A DNA stretch of 64,000 nucleotides from Eledone cirrhosa (taxonomy: Eukaryota). The notes under the pieces are model-generated. The model did not search any database, had not been told where the DNA came from, and saw only the letters and a program-made list of their open reading frames with translations. Location: positions 158,162,001 to 158,226,000 of the forward strand of contig OZ024740.1 in the NCBI GenBank assembly GCA_964016885.1. Direction: 5' to 3'. Position numbers and translations under genes: made by a program. How positions within the stretch are numbered: the first letter of the stretch is position 1; every line of letters starts with the position of its first letter. Positions 16,231-29,689 of this stretch are shown here, in pieces.

Positions 16231-16557
16231 ATATATATCTCTATTAATGCGTGTATATATGTATATGTATATGCCTTTTTCTTTGTATGTCTGAGTTGGG
16301 TGAGGGTGTAGTGGTGTTTCTATGTATATACGCATATATGGATGCGTATGTATTTGTATATATGAGTATATGTAAGTGCGTATGTATGTATGATTATATA
16401 TCTAATTCTATGTATGAGTATATATGTGTGTATGTATGTTGTGTGTGTATGTATGTATATGTCTATGTGTGTATATATATATGTATGTATGTGTGTGTAT
16501 GCATCTATGTATGTGTATGTATGTACATATATGTCTATGTATGTGTGTATGTATATG

Positions 16558-16603
<46 letters not shown>

Positions 16604-17165
16604 ATATATATATCTTTTTTTTTTTTTTATATATATGTGTGTGTGTGTATGTGTGTGTCTGTGTGTATATATATCTTTATATATGTGTATGTGTATGTTC
16701 GTGTAGGTGTATGTGTGTGTATGACTATATATGTATGTGTGTATGTGTGTATGTGTATATATATCTATGTGTGTGTACATGTATGTATGTGTATGTATGT
16801 GTGTGTGTGTATATGTGTATGTATATGTATGTATATATATATATATATATATGTGTATATATATATATATATATATGTATATGTTTCTCTATTTGTATAT
16901 GTATATCTGTATAGGTATATACCTTTTTCTTTGTATGTCTGTGTTGTGTGAGAGTGTAGTGGTGTTTGTATGTATATACCGATATATAGATGCGTAAGTA
17001 TTTGTCTGTATGTATGTATGTATGTCTGTATGTATTTGTGTGTATATATAGGTATGTATGTGTATATCTGTATGTATATAAGTATGTAAGTGTATGTATA
17101 TGTGCGTGTATGTGTGTATATATATGTGTGTCTATATAGTATGTGTGATTATATGTGTATGTATG

Positions 17166-17234
<69 letters not shown>

Positions 17235-17384
17235 ATTTATATGTATGTGTGTATATGTATGTATGTGTGTATATGTATATGTTTATATATGTGTGTGTAT
17301 GTATGTTCTAAGTGTGGATGTGTGTATATGTATGTATGTGTTTGTATGTGTGTGTATATATATATGTATGTGTGTATATATGTG

Positions 17385-17434
<50 letters not shown>

Positions 17435-18278
17435 CTTGATATATTTCTTTTTTCTTTTTTTCTTTTTCTTTTCTTTCCTTTTTAATGTTTATTTATTATT
17501 TATTATTTTTTATTTTCTTAGTTTATAGATACATCTATATTAAGCAGTCTGCCCAAACCGTTGAATACTGAACTCTCCCCCCCTCCCACCTAATTTCTGT
17601 ATCTTGATCTAAATGTGTGTGCCAGTGTTTATGTGAGTGAATTAATATCCATGTGCTTAGGATTTTATATCCACATATATATATGTGAGTGGGGGTGTGT
17701 GTGTGTTTGTATGTTCGTAGTTATGTGTATGTTTATGCATATACGCGCGTGTGTGTGTGATTGTACGGATATGTGTGAGTATGAAAATATGTGTATACAC
17801 TTATTTCATATTTATGTGTCTATACGCATCTTATCTGTGCATTATAAACTTACAGAGACATTAACCTTGAAATTTTGTATTTGCATCCATCCTTTTGGTA
17901 TGCGTATACAAGTTGTGCATACATTTTTGTAAAATATGTGTAAGGGTAGTTACATGTATATACACACACCGAACTGCATTAAACCTTTTGTATTTTCATT
18001 GGTCAATTTTGTTCCCAAACGGACCTGAAATTTTGAATTGTTGTTATTATCAATAAATATATTTCATTATTTCTGAAGACGGTGTATATATGTGTTGGTA
18101 TGTATATTTAATCTTGATAGTTTGTATAATTTTGTATAATTTTGTACATAGATCTGTTGAATATGCATGCCAATTCTAACACATATATATCCTAGAAACG
18201 ATCGTTAAATAATGAACTTTTTTTGTTTAATATAAGGAACTGTTTCATTGTTTATTCATTATTTGTTTAATATTTTAT
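15843..18278 (+). repeat. Right arm of long inverted repeat (microsatellite-rich PLE 3' region)
   Basis: Reverse complement of 10306-12675. Confidence 0.95.
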
Positions 18279-18475
18279 CTTGACTCTGTATACCGTTTAT
18301 CTTTCACCGAAAGTGATTTTTCATTACATCTCTTCCTTCCATGATATCCGGAATACATTGAGTTCTTCATACGGATTGGACACTACCGTAAACTCTTGGT
18401 AGATTTATCTACATATATATCTATATATGTATATATATATATATGTATATATGTATATATATATATGCGTATATA

Positions 18476-18560
<85 letters not shown>

Positions 18561-18693
18561 ATATATATATATGTATATACATATATACATATATGTATAT
18601 ACATATATATATGTATTATACATATATATATATACATAGATATATATATATAGATATATATATATATATATATATACATATATATACATATAT

Positions 18694-18876
18694 ATACAAA
18701 TTTAAACGATATACGAAAACGTCTCTTCCATATATGTAGTTTAGAAACACCTTGGTTTGATTCTTTCTATGAGCGAGTACATTTATTATTTTTCATCATA
18801 TGTATGTACATGATAATAATTGTTTCTCAACTAGATACATGAAAGAGATGTTTTCGTATATCGTTTAAATTTGTAT
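18694..18876. repeat. Imperfect inverted repeat (~55-bp arms) next to (TA)n
   Basis: ATACAAATTTAAACGATATACGAAAAC... / ...GTTTTCGTATATCGTTTAAATTTGTAT. Confidence 0.8.
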
Positions 18877-18954
18877 GAATCATGTTCTGAGTTTAACGTT
18901 CGTTGAGCTTTCTTTATAGAGTAACTTAATCAATATACATTATATATGTATATA

Positions 18955-19146
18955 GGGCGGTGGATTGGCAATATCGGTAGAGGGTCGGACGCCATGCTTT
19001 GACGCATTGAGTTACGGCCCTTGCCATTCTGAGTTCAAATCCCGCCAAGGTTAACTTTGCCTTTCATCCTTACGGGGTCGATAAAATAAAGTACCAGTAA
19101 TACACTGGGTAATTGCTGGCCTTGTGCCAAAAGTAGAAACAATTAT
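18955..19146 (+). mobile_element. tRNA-derived SINE
   Basis: Full copy; ATTATATATGTATA repeated on both flanks. Confidence 0.9.
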
Positions 19147-19172
19147 ATATGTATAGATTTAAACTAGTTATA

Positions 19173-19202
<30 letters not shown>

Positions 19203-19213
<11 letters not shown>

Positions 19214-19337
19214 GAATACCTTTCACCGTATTTTTCAATACTCATCTTTTTCCATTTATCTGAGGGTTCTAAACCCCATTATCAGACTAAAATTTCTTTA
19301 GTAAAAAAATACGGTGAAAGCTATTCTATTTTCTAAT
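19203..19337. repeat. Inverted repeat (~32-bp arms) in (TA)n
   Basis: ATTAGAAAATAGAATACCTTTCACCGTATTTTT / AAAAATACGGTGAAAGCTATTCTATTTTCTAAT. Confidence 0.8.
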
Positions 19338-19559
19338 TTCAAACCTGCTCACTGTTTCAAAACATATTTACTTGATATATATATTATGCTAAAATATCGA
19401 AGCTAGAATAAGAAAAACTATATAGGAATTCATTTCACACTATTTCAATAACTCTATATACATATCATCATGTTCGTAACCTATTACATGCCACATTTAG
19501 TTTCAGAAAGAGAAATAAATTTGTAGAAAAACTGGTACACTATACTAAACTACAGAAGC

Positions 19560-21070
19560 TGTTAATGATGAAGTTAAACCAAAAGGTAGCTTCTTTTGAT
19601 TTCTTTTCCCTTTGCTTTCTTTTACTCGCCACAAGCAAGGCAATAAAACCCCGACAATGGGTTGCTGAGAAGGAGAAAATACAAGCTGGGAAGAAGATAT
19701 TTCAAGAGAAGATGACGACTTTTGTAAATTGTAATGGTCAGGAACACAAGAAACCAGAAGAGAATTCCAGAAGGTGAGTTGAGTTAGGGAAGAAACTATC
19801 AGAATAAAATTTACTATTACGTATTGGACTTCAATTTTAAAGAGGTAAATCTTAGACGCGAATCTAATACTACGATTAAATTCTTGAAGACGAGGCAACA
19901 AAGAAGAAATCTCAGAGCAATTTTCATGAAAATATTTATAGAAAAGGCACAAAGATGCGCAACATTTCTATGGGGTTATAGCGATTGAAGCGTCCTGATA
20001 CGTCAGGACCAATAATGTTGATTATTATTTGGATTTTATCTCGACTCTCAAGGAACACAGCAGACCAGGTATGGCAGAAGTCCTCAATACAAGGATGAAT
20101 GGGCAGCGGACTTGGAAATCGATGAGATATAATCATTCCAGCTCAAATCAGTGGAAAATGTGAGACCAAGAAGTCATAAAGAATTACTCTCTTGGAGGGT
20201 AATGATCAGCCATACTAATGGAAGACAAGCGTGGTTCCCTATGGTTATTAAGGGATACCAATTTAGTCTTAGATGCAATAAAGGTAACAAACCGTTTCTT
20301 TCTTCTCTCAAGAACAGATCAATGGTCATATTCAAAATCAGCTGCCAATTCAACATTATCAACATGAAGAAGAACCCTGTCAAAAGCCTTAGAAATATCT
20401 AAGGCAACACCAGATTTATTCAAAGCAGTCTCTCAGTAATAACAGTTAATGCACTAGTTGATCGTGGGGAACGGAAGACTTATTGTTTATCTGAAATAAA
20501 ATACAGCGAGGCGATTGAAACCTCAAATACTTTGCCAAAAAAAAAGGCAGAAGACTAATAGGGCGATAGTCAGGAGGATCAGACGGTTCCCCAGATTTCT
20601 TAAAAACAGAAAAGGATTTACAAGGTGGGAAGCAAATAAAAGATAGAACAGGAGCTAGTTCAGGAAAACAATTCTGCATGACTATGACGGGAATACCACC
20701 AGGAATATATGATTTATAGATGAAAATTTGAGATGATATCAGAAACCATGGAAGGAGAAATATGCATATTGTACAGTAGTGTTTGTACAGTGCGTTTAAG
20801 TGGAAACTCAGGTTAGAATATTGTATATAGATATAAAACTGTCTACTTCTAACAAAGCTTATATTGTATCGACTGATAACTTTAAAATTGGATTTTTCTC
20901 TTACGCTTACTATACTGGAATCTTGAAAGAAAAACATCGAAATCATTATCAGAGCATACAGAGAAATTGAAAGACAATAATGCATCCCTTGGATTTAAAT
21001 GGAATACAACTTGTGACTTGTGTACAATTGATAGATTTGAAACATGTTTTGCTAAGAAACTTTTATTCAA
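19560..21070 (-). pseudogene. Decayed non-LTR RT (CR1/Jockey-like)
   Basis: SDPPDYRPISLL and LDISKAFDRV motifs on the minus strand; many stops and frameshifts. Confidence 0.75.
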
Positions 21071-21406
21071 TAAAAACTCTGAGGATCAGACCTCATACAA
21101 CCATAAGATTGTTTAGAATCCTTCCTCCATTACAAACCTTATACTCATCAAGATAGATAAACTGTCATCTTCTTCGTGTGTTTTCTTCTGTATATGCTAT
21201 TGTTTCTTTTACTAAAAAGTAATCTTCTGGTTGCTATAATCTACCATTAAAAACTAAGATTAGAACCCTTTTCTATACACTATAGCCTACTATAATTCTA
21301 CTTTTTTTGTTGTTTTTGCTCAACTTATATTCCAATATATTTTGACAACTTACATATAGGCAAATCTATAGTATGTGTGCGTTTGTGTGTGTGTATATAC
21401 ATATAT

Positions 21407-21408
<2 letters not shown>

Positions 21409-21501
<93 letters not shown>
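21409..21501. repeat. (TG)n microsatellite
   Basis: Direct reading. Confidence 0.95.
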
Positions 21502-21503
<2 letters not shown>

Positions 21504-21849
21504 ACGCCTATATTTACTCTGCTTTGGGAATATCTGTAAAAACAGTGTATATACAATTTCTTTCTCGTTCTTCATCCTAATCTATGTATAGCAAATAATA
21601 CTTCTTAACGAATTTAAGTAGCATTAATTTCATAATGGAAAACATTTTAAATAATTCAGATATTTTTTCAGCTCTTAGTGCTTATATTTAGGCTTACGGA
21701 ATTAACAATTCTTGCAGTTTTGAATCACATAATAAACGGAAGTTAAACAGAGATTTAACTCTTTCGTTGCCCCATACACACACACACACACACACTCACA
21801 AAAGAAAAATACTGCCTATGATTTTCAAATCTTTTTTGAAAACCTGGGC

Positions 21850-22080
21850 GAAATCTCATCAGCGAGGTCTTGCGCAAGACCGCAGAACTTGACGCGTCCC
21901 AGGAACTGGAGTCAGCTTTAGTCAATTGGACCGACGAAGGCCTCCCATCTCCCCGTAAACAGATGTCCAACGTAACTGGGACGGCATCAAATGCAGGTCT
22001 ACCTTCGGGCAGCTTGGATCTTTCTTGAACCAACACCGTCTTGGTTCCTACTGCAGTTGCAGCCGACAAGACCAGCCCAA
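21850..22080 (+). pseudogene. Possible fragment of a CRE-like non-LTR retrotransposon
   Basis: GC-richer island reading PSPRKQ..NWDGIKC...LNQHRL across a frameshift; resembles the post-RT region of CRE elements (from memory, unverified). Confidence 0.35.
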
Positions 22081-23607
22081 TACTCTAATAATTTAGTAGA
22101 CTTGGTGAAATAAGAGTCTTCGGTGAACCTTGTCTTAACCGGGAAAATGTCAAGTGGCTATCAGTGACCGTGGTCTCTTTCGAAAGGGACAACTTTCACG
22201 TGGTATATAGTTCACAAGAAGGGAACTAATAAATGGACAGTAGGCAAGAAAAGGGGGTTGCTAGAATAAGCAGTTCTAGAATAAGCAGTTCGTTTTAACC
22301 TTTTCCCCTCAACCATGTTGGGAGTTCAAACAAATAATAGCAGATACATGCATACATTTGACTGAATTAACTAAATCATTAATTAATTTGTCAGCGCATT
22401 ATAAGATAGAAAAGAGTTGCAACGTCACTGGTGTCAGGTTGTATCGGCATTTGCCTTTCCTTGGGGCAACATTGGTGGCGTGGAAAGGGGAGACTGGTAT
22501 ACATGGGCGACTACTGGTCTTCCATAAACAACCGTCCCATGGACATTCGTGACCGAATGAGGTCTTTACCTTTTACCCTATATACACGTATATTAAAATT
22601 TGCATGGCTAATTAAGATTGCTACCTTTGATTGTATTCACTTATTTTTATTTGCTATTTTCTCTTTTTAGATTTTCAGTTAACATAAACCCTTGTGTTAT
22701 GTGCTAAAATGAAGTAGTTACGACTTTGCCCGAAGGCTCAGAATGTAATTTTATATCATTTGCTCTTTATATTGTTTTACTTATTGTAATCTACAGATCG
22801 TGAAAAAATGCTTGGGTAAGCAAACGGTATGTTGCGTATTCGAGAGACAGTAATATCACAGAGAGATACCATCTTTTTCAAAATATTATCTAACAGATTC
22901 GATATTGATTACATAATAATTAATTCATTACATTATTATTAAATGTTAATGTTATCATTCATGTACTATAATGCAAAGTTTAGCAGTCAACAGATCTCTG
23001 AAAAGGATGAAAAAATGGTTCGATAATTAAATAATTTTTATAGAGTAGTCAGTGTTTACCATTCTTTTTAAATATACACGCCTTTGCAATTGATATATTT
23101 TCCATTATCAATATTTACCACATAAGTACCTATCAATGATGTATCATTAATGTCCTAGTCATATGTTTTATAACTACTTGTGTAGTTCATTAAAATTTCG
23201 ACTGGGGTCTCTTACCTCCCTTGTATTGGCAACAGTGTTATCAAATTTCATTTTTCTCTCAACCTAGTTTGATGTAATGATATTAACACTGCCTCGTTAA
23301 TATATTTTTAATAGTTTCTTAATTTAATTCTAATATATACTACACTCAAGACTACATTATGATTTACGACTTTAATTTTTGTAATACTATATATATATAT
23401 ATATTATATATATGTATATATATATATATGTACATAGATTATTAGTGGGGTAACTCATAGTTACTAGCAGCAACGCTCGTCGAAGCACTCAATTTCTGTT
23501 ACTGTGTCCGTCTCTCGTTAGGTTGTGCTCCAGGTTTAAGGCGGCTGCAGTTTTCAGTGTGTATATAAAGTGACAATAAAAATTGCAGCTTTTTGTAAAC
23601 TTTATTC

Positions 23608-23693
23608 CATATTAGAAATTGTTTCCATATCAATCAGCTCAGGTTTGATCATGCAATCGGATGCCGACTCGGATCGACGCTTCTTCAGATATG
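23608..23693 (-). ncRNA. Partly decayed type I hammerhead ribozyme
   Basis: CATAT-CTGAAGA...GAAACAATTTCTA-ATATG; stem I intact, stems II and III imperfect. Confidence 0.55.
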
Positions 23694-23765
23694 CGAGTTT
23701 ACATGGGTGATCCCAATATATATATATATATATGTATATATATATGTGTATATATATATATATAT

Positions 23766-23823
<58 letters not shown>

Positions 23824-23949
23824 TAAAAGAGAAAACACAGGTAAGCATTAAGAGAATGATTTTATCCAGGTATTTACGACCGTTTCATTAGTAACCACGA
23901 ACTGGATCACAATAAGCAATTTTCTGCTTCCCTAACTATATATATATAT

Positions 23950-24219
23950 ATATTTATTAAAATAACAGATTAAAGTTTAAGCAAAGAATCGCTGCTTTCA
24001 CCCTTAACGGGATCCTCTGAAACTAACAAGTCAATCTGTAAACGCAGAACTGGATATTTCAAAAAACGTTGCACGTCTTCCTGTCTTCCTCCGGTTGCAA
24101 CGTTTTTTGAAATATCCAGTTCTGCGTTTACAGATTGACTTGTTAGTTTCAGAGGATCCCGTTAAGGGTGAAAGCAGCGATTCTTTGCTTAAACTTTAAT
24201 CTGTTATTTTAATAAATAT
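23950..24219. repeat. Perfect fold-back palindrome (124-bp arms, 22-nt spacer) with ~85-nt tail, in (TA)n
   Basis: 23950-24073 is the reverse complement of 24096-24219; a non-palindromic relative lies at 44201-44330. Confidence 0.92.
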
Positions 24220-24301
24220 TTGCTCTTCGGTTCTTATATATTTGATATATATTTTCCTTATCGAGCCCTCTTTGGATTTTAGTCTTCAATTTTATTATTA
24301 T

Positions 24302-24363
<62 letters not shown>

Positions 24364-24417
24364 TAACCAAGGAAGTGTGGTAAGGAACCAGGTGGACCAT
24401 ATAACGCACCAGATTCG

Positions 24418-24582
24418 TAGGGTAGTAAAGTTGGTAATAGGAAAAGAGTTAGGATCCCGATGGCTGAGCTCCGGCCGTTTCGACAGCTAGTTTTGTACTG
24501 AGTTCAGATCTAGATGTCGAAACGGCCAGAGCTCAGCCGGCGGGATCCTGACTATTTTCCTATTATCAACTTTACTACCCTA
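24418..24582. repeat. Fold-back palindrome centred just upstream of GAAACGGCC (HHR 3' half), in (TA)n
   Basis: TAGGGTAGTAAAGTTG...TTTCGACA / TGTCGAAAC...CAACTTTACTACCCTA; ~55-nt unpaired tail on the left. Confidence 0.85.
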
Positions 24583-24583
24583 A

Positions 24584-24661
<78 letters not shown>

Positions 24662-24867
24662 CGTTTCTGAATTTGTTTAGCAAGATTCTTTATCTGAAAT
24701 CGTGTGTTGAAACCGATATTGTTATACTTTGGGAGGGTCATGTTGCCAATAAGAAACACACGCACCAGTTGCTTTCACTTCAATTTATTATAATAAATTT
24801 ATAAATTTAGGAATTTATAAATTTCTGGTTGGTTAATAACAAAATAATTTATGGTTGGTTAATAACA

Positions 24868-25789
24868 AAAAACAAATCCTCCATTCCCATTATGCCAAAC
24901 CCATGACTTCCAAACATCTGATCCACCGAAACTCGGCTGTTTCGGACCATACCAAAATCAACATACTGATTGCGGATTTGGTACGGGTGATGAGAAACGT
25001 GTCCTGCATGTGCAACCCCGAAGAACTAGAGAGACACATACAACACTTCATCCACTGTATGCAGTTCTCTGGTTACAATCAGAGAGATAGAATCAGAGTG
25101 TATAGAGGAGCCAGAACCAAATAGGAAAAAATGGTAAATAATGACACAAATGGGACCTGCCCCTTGTATAGAGCAAATTTTGGAATAGAATAGAAAGAAC
25201 TAGGAATAAGGCTAATAGAATAAACTCATGGTATGATAGCAATAAATACCAGAGTGTAATGTTCATCGATACAACCCCTAGGTGAATTAGCTTACAAATT
25301 TAGAAGGGCCCTAGATAAACATAAACTCAATATTAAGATAGTAGAAAGACCAGGTACCTCCGTAAAAACACTTATTAGCAAGACATACCCTTTCCAAAGA
25401 CCCCCCTTATAGATAAGAAATGTATAACCTGTAAAATAAGCCCCCATATTAACTGTAAAACTAGAAATGTAGTGTATAGCATAAGATGTACTGAAGGACA
25501 ATGTAGAGACAAAAATATAGTGTACATAGGTGAGACAGCTCGTAGTGTAGGGGAACGGATAAATGAACACTGGCGAGACCTTCAAGATAGTAAAAAATCA
25601 TCTGTACTCTACCAACATGCTAAAATAGAACATAAGGGTAAATTAGAGAACATAGAAATAAAAATAGAATCTACACACAGAAAAGACGCAATGTTTAGAC
25701 AAATCACAGAGGCAATAAACATAAAAGAATTACAACCCAAATTAAATAGAAAATATGAGTGGAACAGCAACATCACAACTTACAATTAA
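24868..25789 (+). pseudogene. PLE RT thumb + GIY-YIG endonuclease (disrupted; possibly Nematis-like)
   Basis: HYAKPM...SA...SGY; VYSIRC...YIGETARS..ER..EH...H...H...RQITEA.I....PKLN. Confidence 0.88.
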
Positions 25790-25990
25790 GGACAAAATGA
25801 AAACACACACACACATAGAACAAACAACCAACCGGTAACATGTAAATAAACAAATAAATAAAAAAATATAAACACACACAGACATCCGGATGTGGCGCAT
25901 GCGCAGACTGAGCACACAACACACACACAGAAACAAAATGGCGTAGGACAGAACAAAGGAGAGGCACAAAAACAAAGAAAAGAATCCCCA

Positions 25991-26033
25991 GTCACTGAAG
26001 AGGTCACAGAATGTGTGACGAAAGAACTTTGAC
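25991..26033 (+). ncRNA. Minimal type I hammerhead ribozyme
   Basis: GTCA-CTGAAGA-G-GTCAC-AGAATGT-GTGAC-GAAAG-AA-CTT-TGAC. Confidence 0.88.
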
Positions 26034-26179
26034 AATATATAAACAACTATCTGGTTGTGGAACCAACCGACCAACCAGAAATTTATAAATTCCTAAATTT
26101 ATAAATTTATTATAATAAATTGAAGTGAAAGCAACTGGTGCGTGTGTTTCTTATTGGCAACATGACCCTCCCAAAGTAT

Positions 26180-26251
<72 letters not shown>

Positions 26252-26255
<4 letters not shown>

Positions 26256-26352
26256 ATGAGAAGAAAGAAGAATACTGCGTGGTTGCACATGGGTTACATA
26301 TGTTAAAAATAGTCCTTCGTCAGTGATTTTCCAACCATCTTTGGTATTTCAT
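26252..26352 (-). repeat. Dispersed short repeat containing CTGACGA, ending in (TA)n
   Basis: Near-identical reverse-complement copy at 39850-39950. Confidence 0.8.
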
Positions 26353-27449
26353 ATTTCGACTCAAGACTCTATAATATGTATTTATGTCCCCAACCCCCAT
26401 TATTATCATTAGTATTTTCGTGGGGTCCATAATCCCCGACGTCAGAGATATGCCTAACCTTTTAAGCTACACAAAGATTTACGTAATTTTTTAAATACTA
26501 GCATTTTTAGCGTCGTTGTATATAACACAATTGCTTCTGAAATATGTAATAGATATTACAAATTTTTTTAAAACTTTTTAATGGGTTCATGCTTTGTAGA
26601 AATTATTTCCAACTAAATTCGAACTCATAACCTTTACCATAATAAATATTAACATATATATATATATATATATATATGTATCTGTGCGCGTGTGTGTGTG
26701 TGCGTGAATGTGTCTGTGTGAGTGAGAGTGTGTACGTCAATATGTGAGTGTGCGAGTATGTGTGAGTGTGCGAGTATGTGTGAGTGTGCGTGTATCTGTG
26801 TGTGGGGGTGTGCTTCTGCGCGCGCACGTGTGTGTTTGTTAAAATTGAATTAAATATAATTAGATAAGACTTAGATTATTATATATTATTATTTATTACA
26901 TATCATTATACCAGGGCGGTGGTTGGCAGGATTGGTAGAGCGTCGCGCAACATGCTTAGGGGCACAGAATTACGGCCCTTTACGTTCTGAGTTCAAATCC
27001 CATTCGTGTGTTTTAGTAGTATACTAAACCACCCGTGACCTTCACTTCAAAATATTTTTTTTTAAATCATGTTTACTTAAAAATATTATTTAGATAATTA
27101 ACATATACATAGACATATATATAATGTGAAATGAAACTGGAACGCCTATATATATACGTGTGTGTATGTATATTTATAAATGTGTGTGTGTATATACACA
27201 TATATATATATATATGTATGTGTGTGTGTTTATATATATATGTGTGTCTGTGATCTATATACACTGGTCATAGACACATACATACATATATATATATACA
27301 CAATAACACTACTAGCTCTCTCTCTCTTCCATTCTCCCTCTCTGTCTCCTCTCCCCCTCTCTCATGTCTCTCTTTCAATCTACTCTCTCACAACCCCTAT
27401 CTCTTTCTCTCCCTCTCTCTCTCTATCTATCTATCTATATATCTCTGTT

Positions 27450-27643
27450 TATGAAGGTACCCGGATAAACACCCATATCTCGGGAACCCGTGCTTTGATT
27501 TACGCGAAACTTGTTTTAATCCATTTGTATTCCCATTTCAGGGTCAACCTCCTTTCAAAGTATTTTCCCATTATGCGCCCCTTTGGCTGTATTACATTAT
27601 AGACAAGCAAGCAAACAATCACAGACTTTTAGTATTATATAGA
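27450..27643 (-). mobile_element. Possible non-autonomous Helitron 5' fragment
   Basis: Minus strand begins TCTATATAATACTAAAAGTCTG followed by (TTGC)n. Confidence 0.4.
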
Positions 27644-27644
27644 T

Positions 27645-27838
27645 AATAATTGTTTCTACTTTTGGCACAAGGCCAGTAATTACTCAGTCCACTACTGTTA
27701 CTTTGTTTTATCGACCCCGTAAGGATGAAAGGCAAAGTTAACCTCGGCAGGATTTGAACTCATACCGTAAAGGGGCGTAACTCTATGCTGCAAAGCATAG
27801 CGTCCGACTGCCTCCCGATACTGCTAATCCACCACCCT
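27645..27838 (-). mobile_element. tRNA-derived SINE
   Basis: Reverse-complement full copy. Confidence 0.9.
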
Positions 27839-27854
27839 TATTATTATATAGAAA

Positions 27855-28020
27855 ATAATAATATTCGATTCGTTTGCAAGCCGACAATCTCATTACACTA
27901 TATTTTTTAGATGACTATTGCCATCAGTTTGTTCTAGCGACGAACAAAAGGATGGCGACAGTCATCTAAAAACATGGTGAAATGAGACTGTTTGCTTGCA
28001 AACGAACCGAATATTATTAT
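27855..28020. repeat. Imperfect ~165-bp palindrome
   Basis: ATAATAATATTCG...TTTGTTC-TAGCGAC-GAACAAA...CGAATATTATTAT. Confidence 0.8.
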
Positions 28021-28041
28021 TACTAGGTGGATTAGAAATGG

Positions 28042-28726
<685 letters not shown>

Positions 28727-28737
28727 GTATGTATATA

Positions 28738-28769
<32 letters not shown>

Positions 28770-29250
28770 CATCGTTTTTATATGTTGGTGGGCGGGGAAG
28801 TAGGTGTATAGGAGTCACATGATAACATAATTTATGTTACGCTTTACTGTAATCTTGTTATCTCTCCTCTAGGTTACATTGTATGAAAATGTGCTTTATC
28901 AGCGAATATGGCGTCAAGAAAGCTTAAACATATTTAATCTCTGCTAATACTCATCACGATTTGATTCAAATATCTCTTAGTATTATTATTTCTTATTTTG
29001 GTTCCTAATTTACCCTTTGGCAGCGCTTTTCCTTCTATTTTTATTTAATTCAGTTTACGATTTTAAGAATTATCGAAGCATATCAAATTATATGAAATAT
29101 TCTTTCTCTGTTGGTAATGTGAGAATGTATAAACACCGACGACAACGTCTGCTGTTTTTTAGAACACCCATGAGCATCGAATGTCTTGTGTATAATAGTT
29201 TTAACAGGGAGATTATCAACTATTTTATAATGAGTGAAAGTGGGAGTGAA

Positions 29251-29370
<120 letters not shown>

Positions 29371-29689
29371 AGAGAAAGAGAGGCAGACTAATTCAGGGAC
29401 ACTGAGAAAAAGAGATGAAGAGAAGACAAGGAAAGGGGAGTAAGAAAAAAGGTAGACAGATAGATAGATAGATAAATTTCTTTATTAGCCACAAGGGCAC
29501 AAAAGAAGGGGACAAATACAAATGGGGAGTTTACATACAGGTACATGAAAATAACAAATAACAATTGAAATCCCCAATAGGGGGAGGCGTTACACAGGGG
29601 TTGTACACACCCCGAAAAAATGTACAACCCTAATCTCCAGGAGCACCAAAAGTGAGTACTCTCTTCCTCTCTTCCTCTTTTTCCTCAAC

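Larger units (their letters stand above)
10306..18412 (+). mobile_element. 5'-truncated Penelope-like retroelement (Hydra-clade-like) with 2.4-kb inverted terminal copy
   Basis: RT + C-terminal GIY-YIG at 12675-14245; arms 10306-12675 and 15843-18278 are reverse complements; ~135-nt unpaired tail 18279-18412; (TA)n on both flanks. Confidence 0.88.
24661..26186 (+). mobile_element. 5'-truncated Penelope-like element with inverted pseudo-LTR piece
   Basis: 24716-24832 is the reverse complement of 26071-26186; 55-nt tail; RT thumb + GIY-YIG; HHR in the 3' UTR; (TA)n on both sides. Confidence 0.9.
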
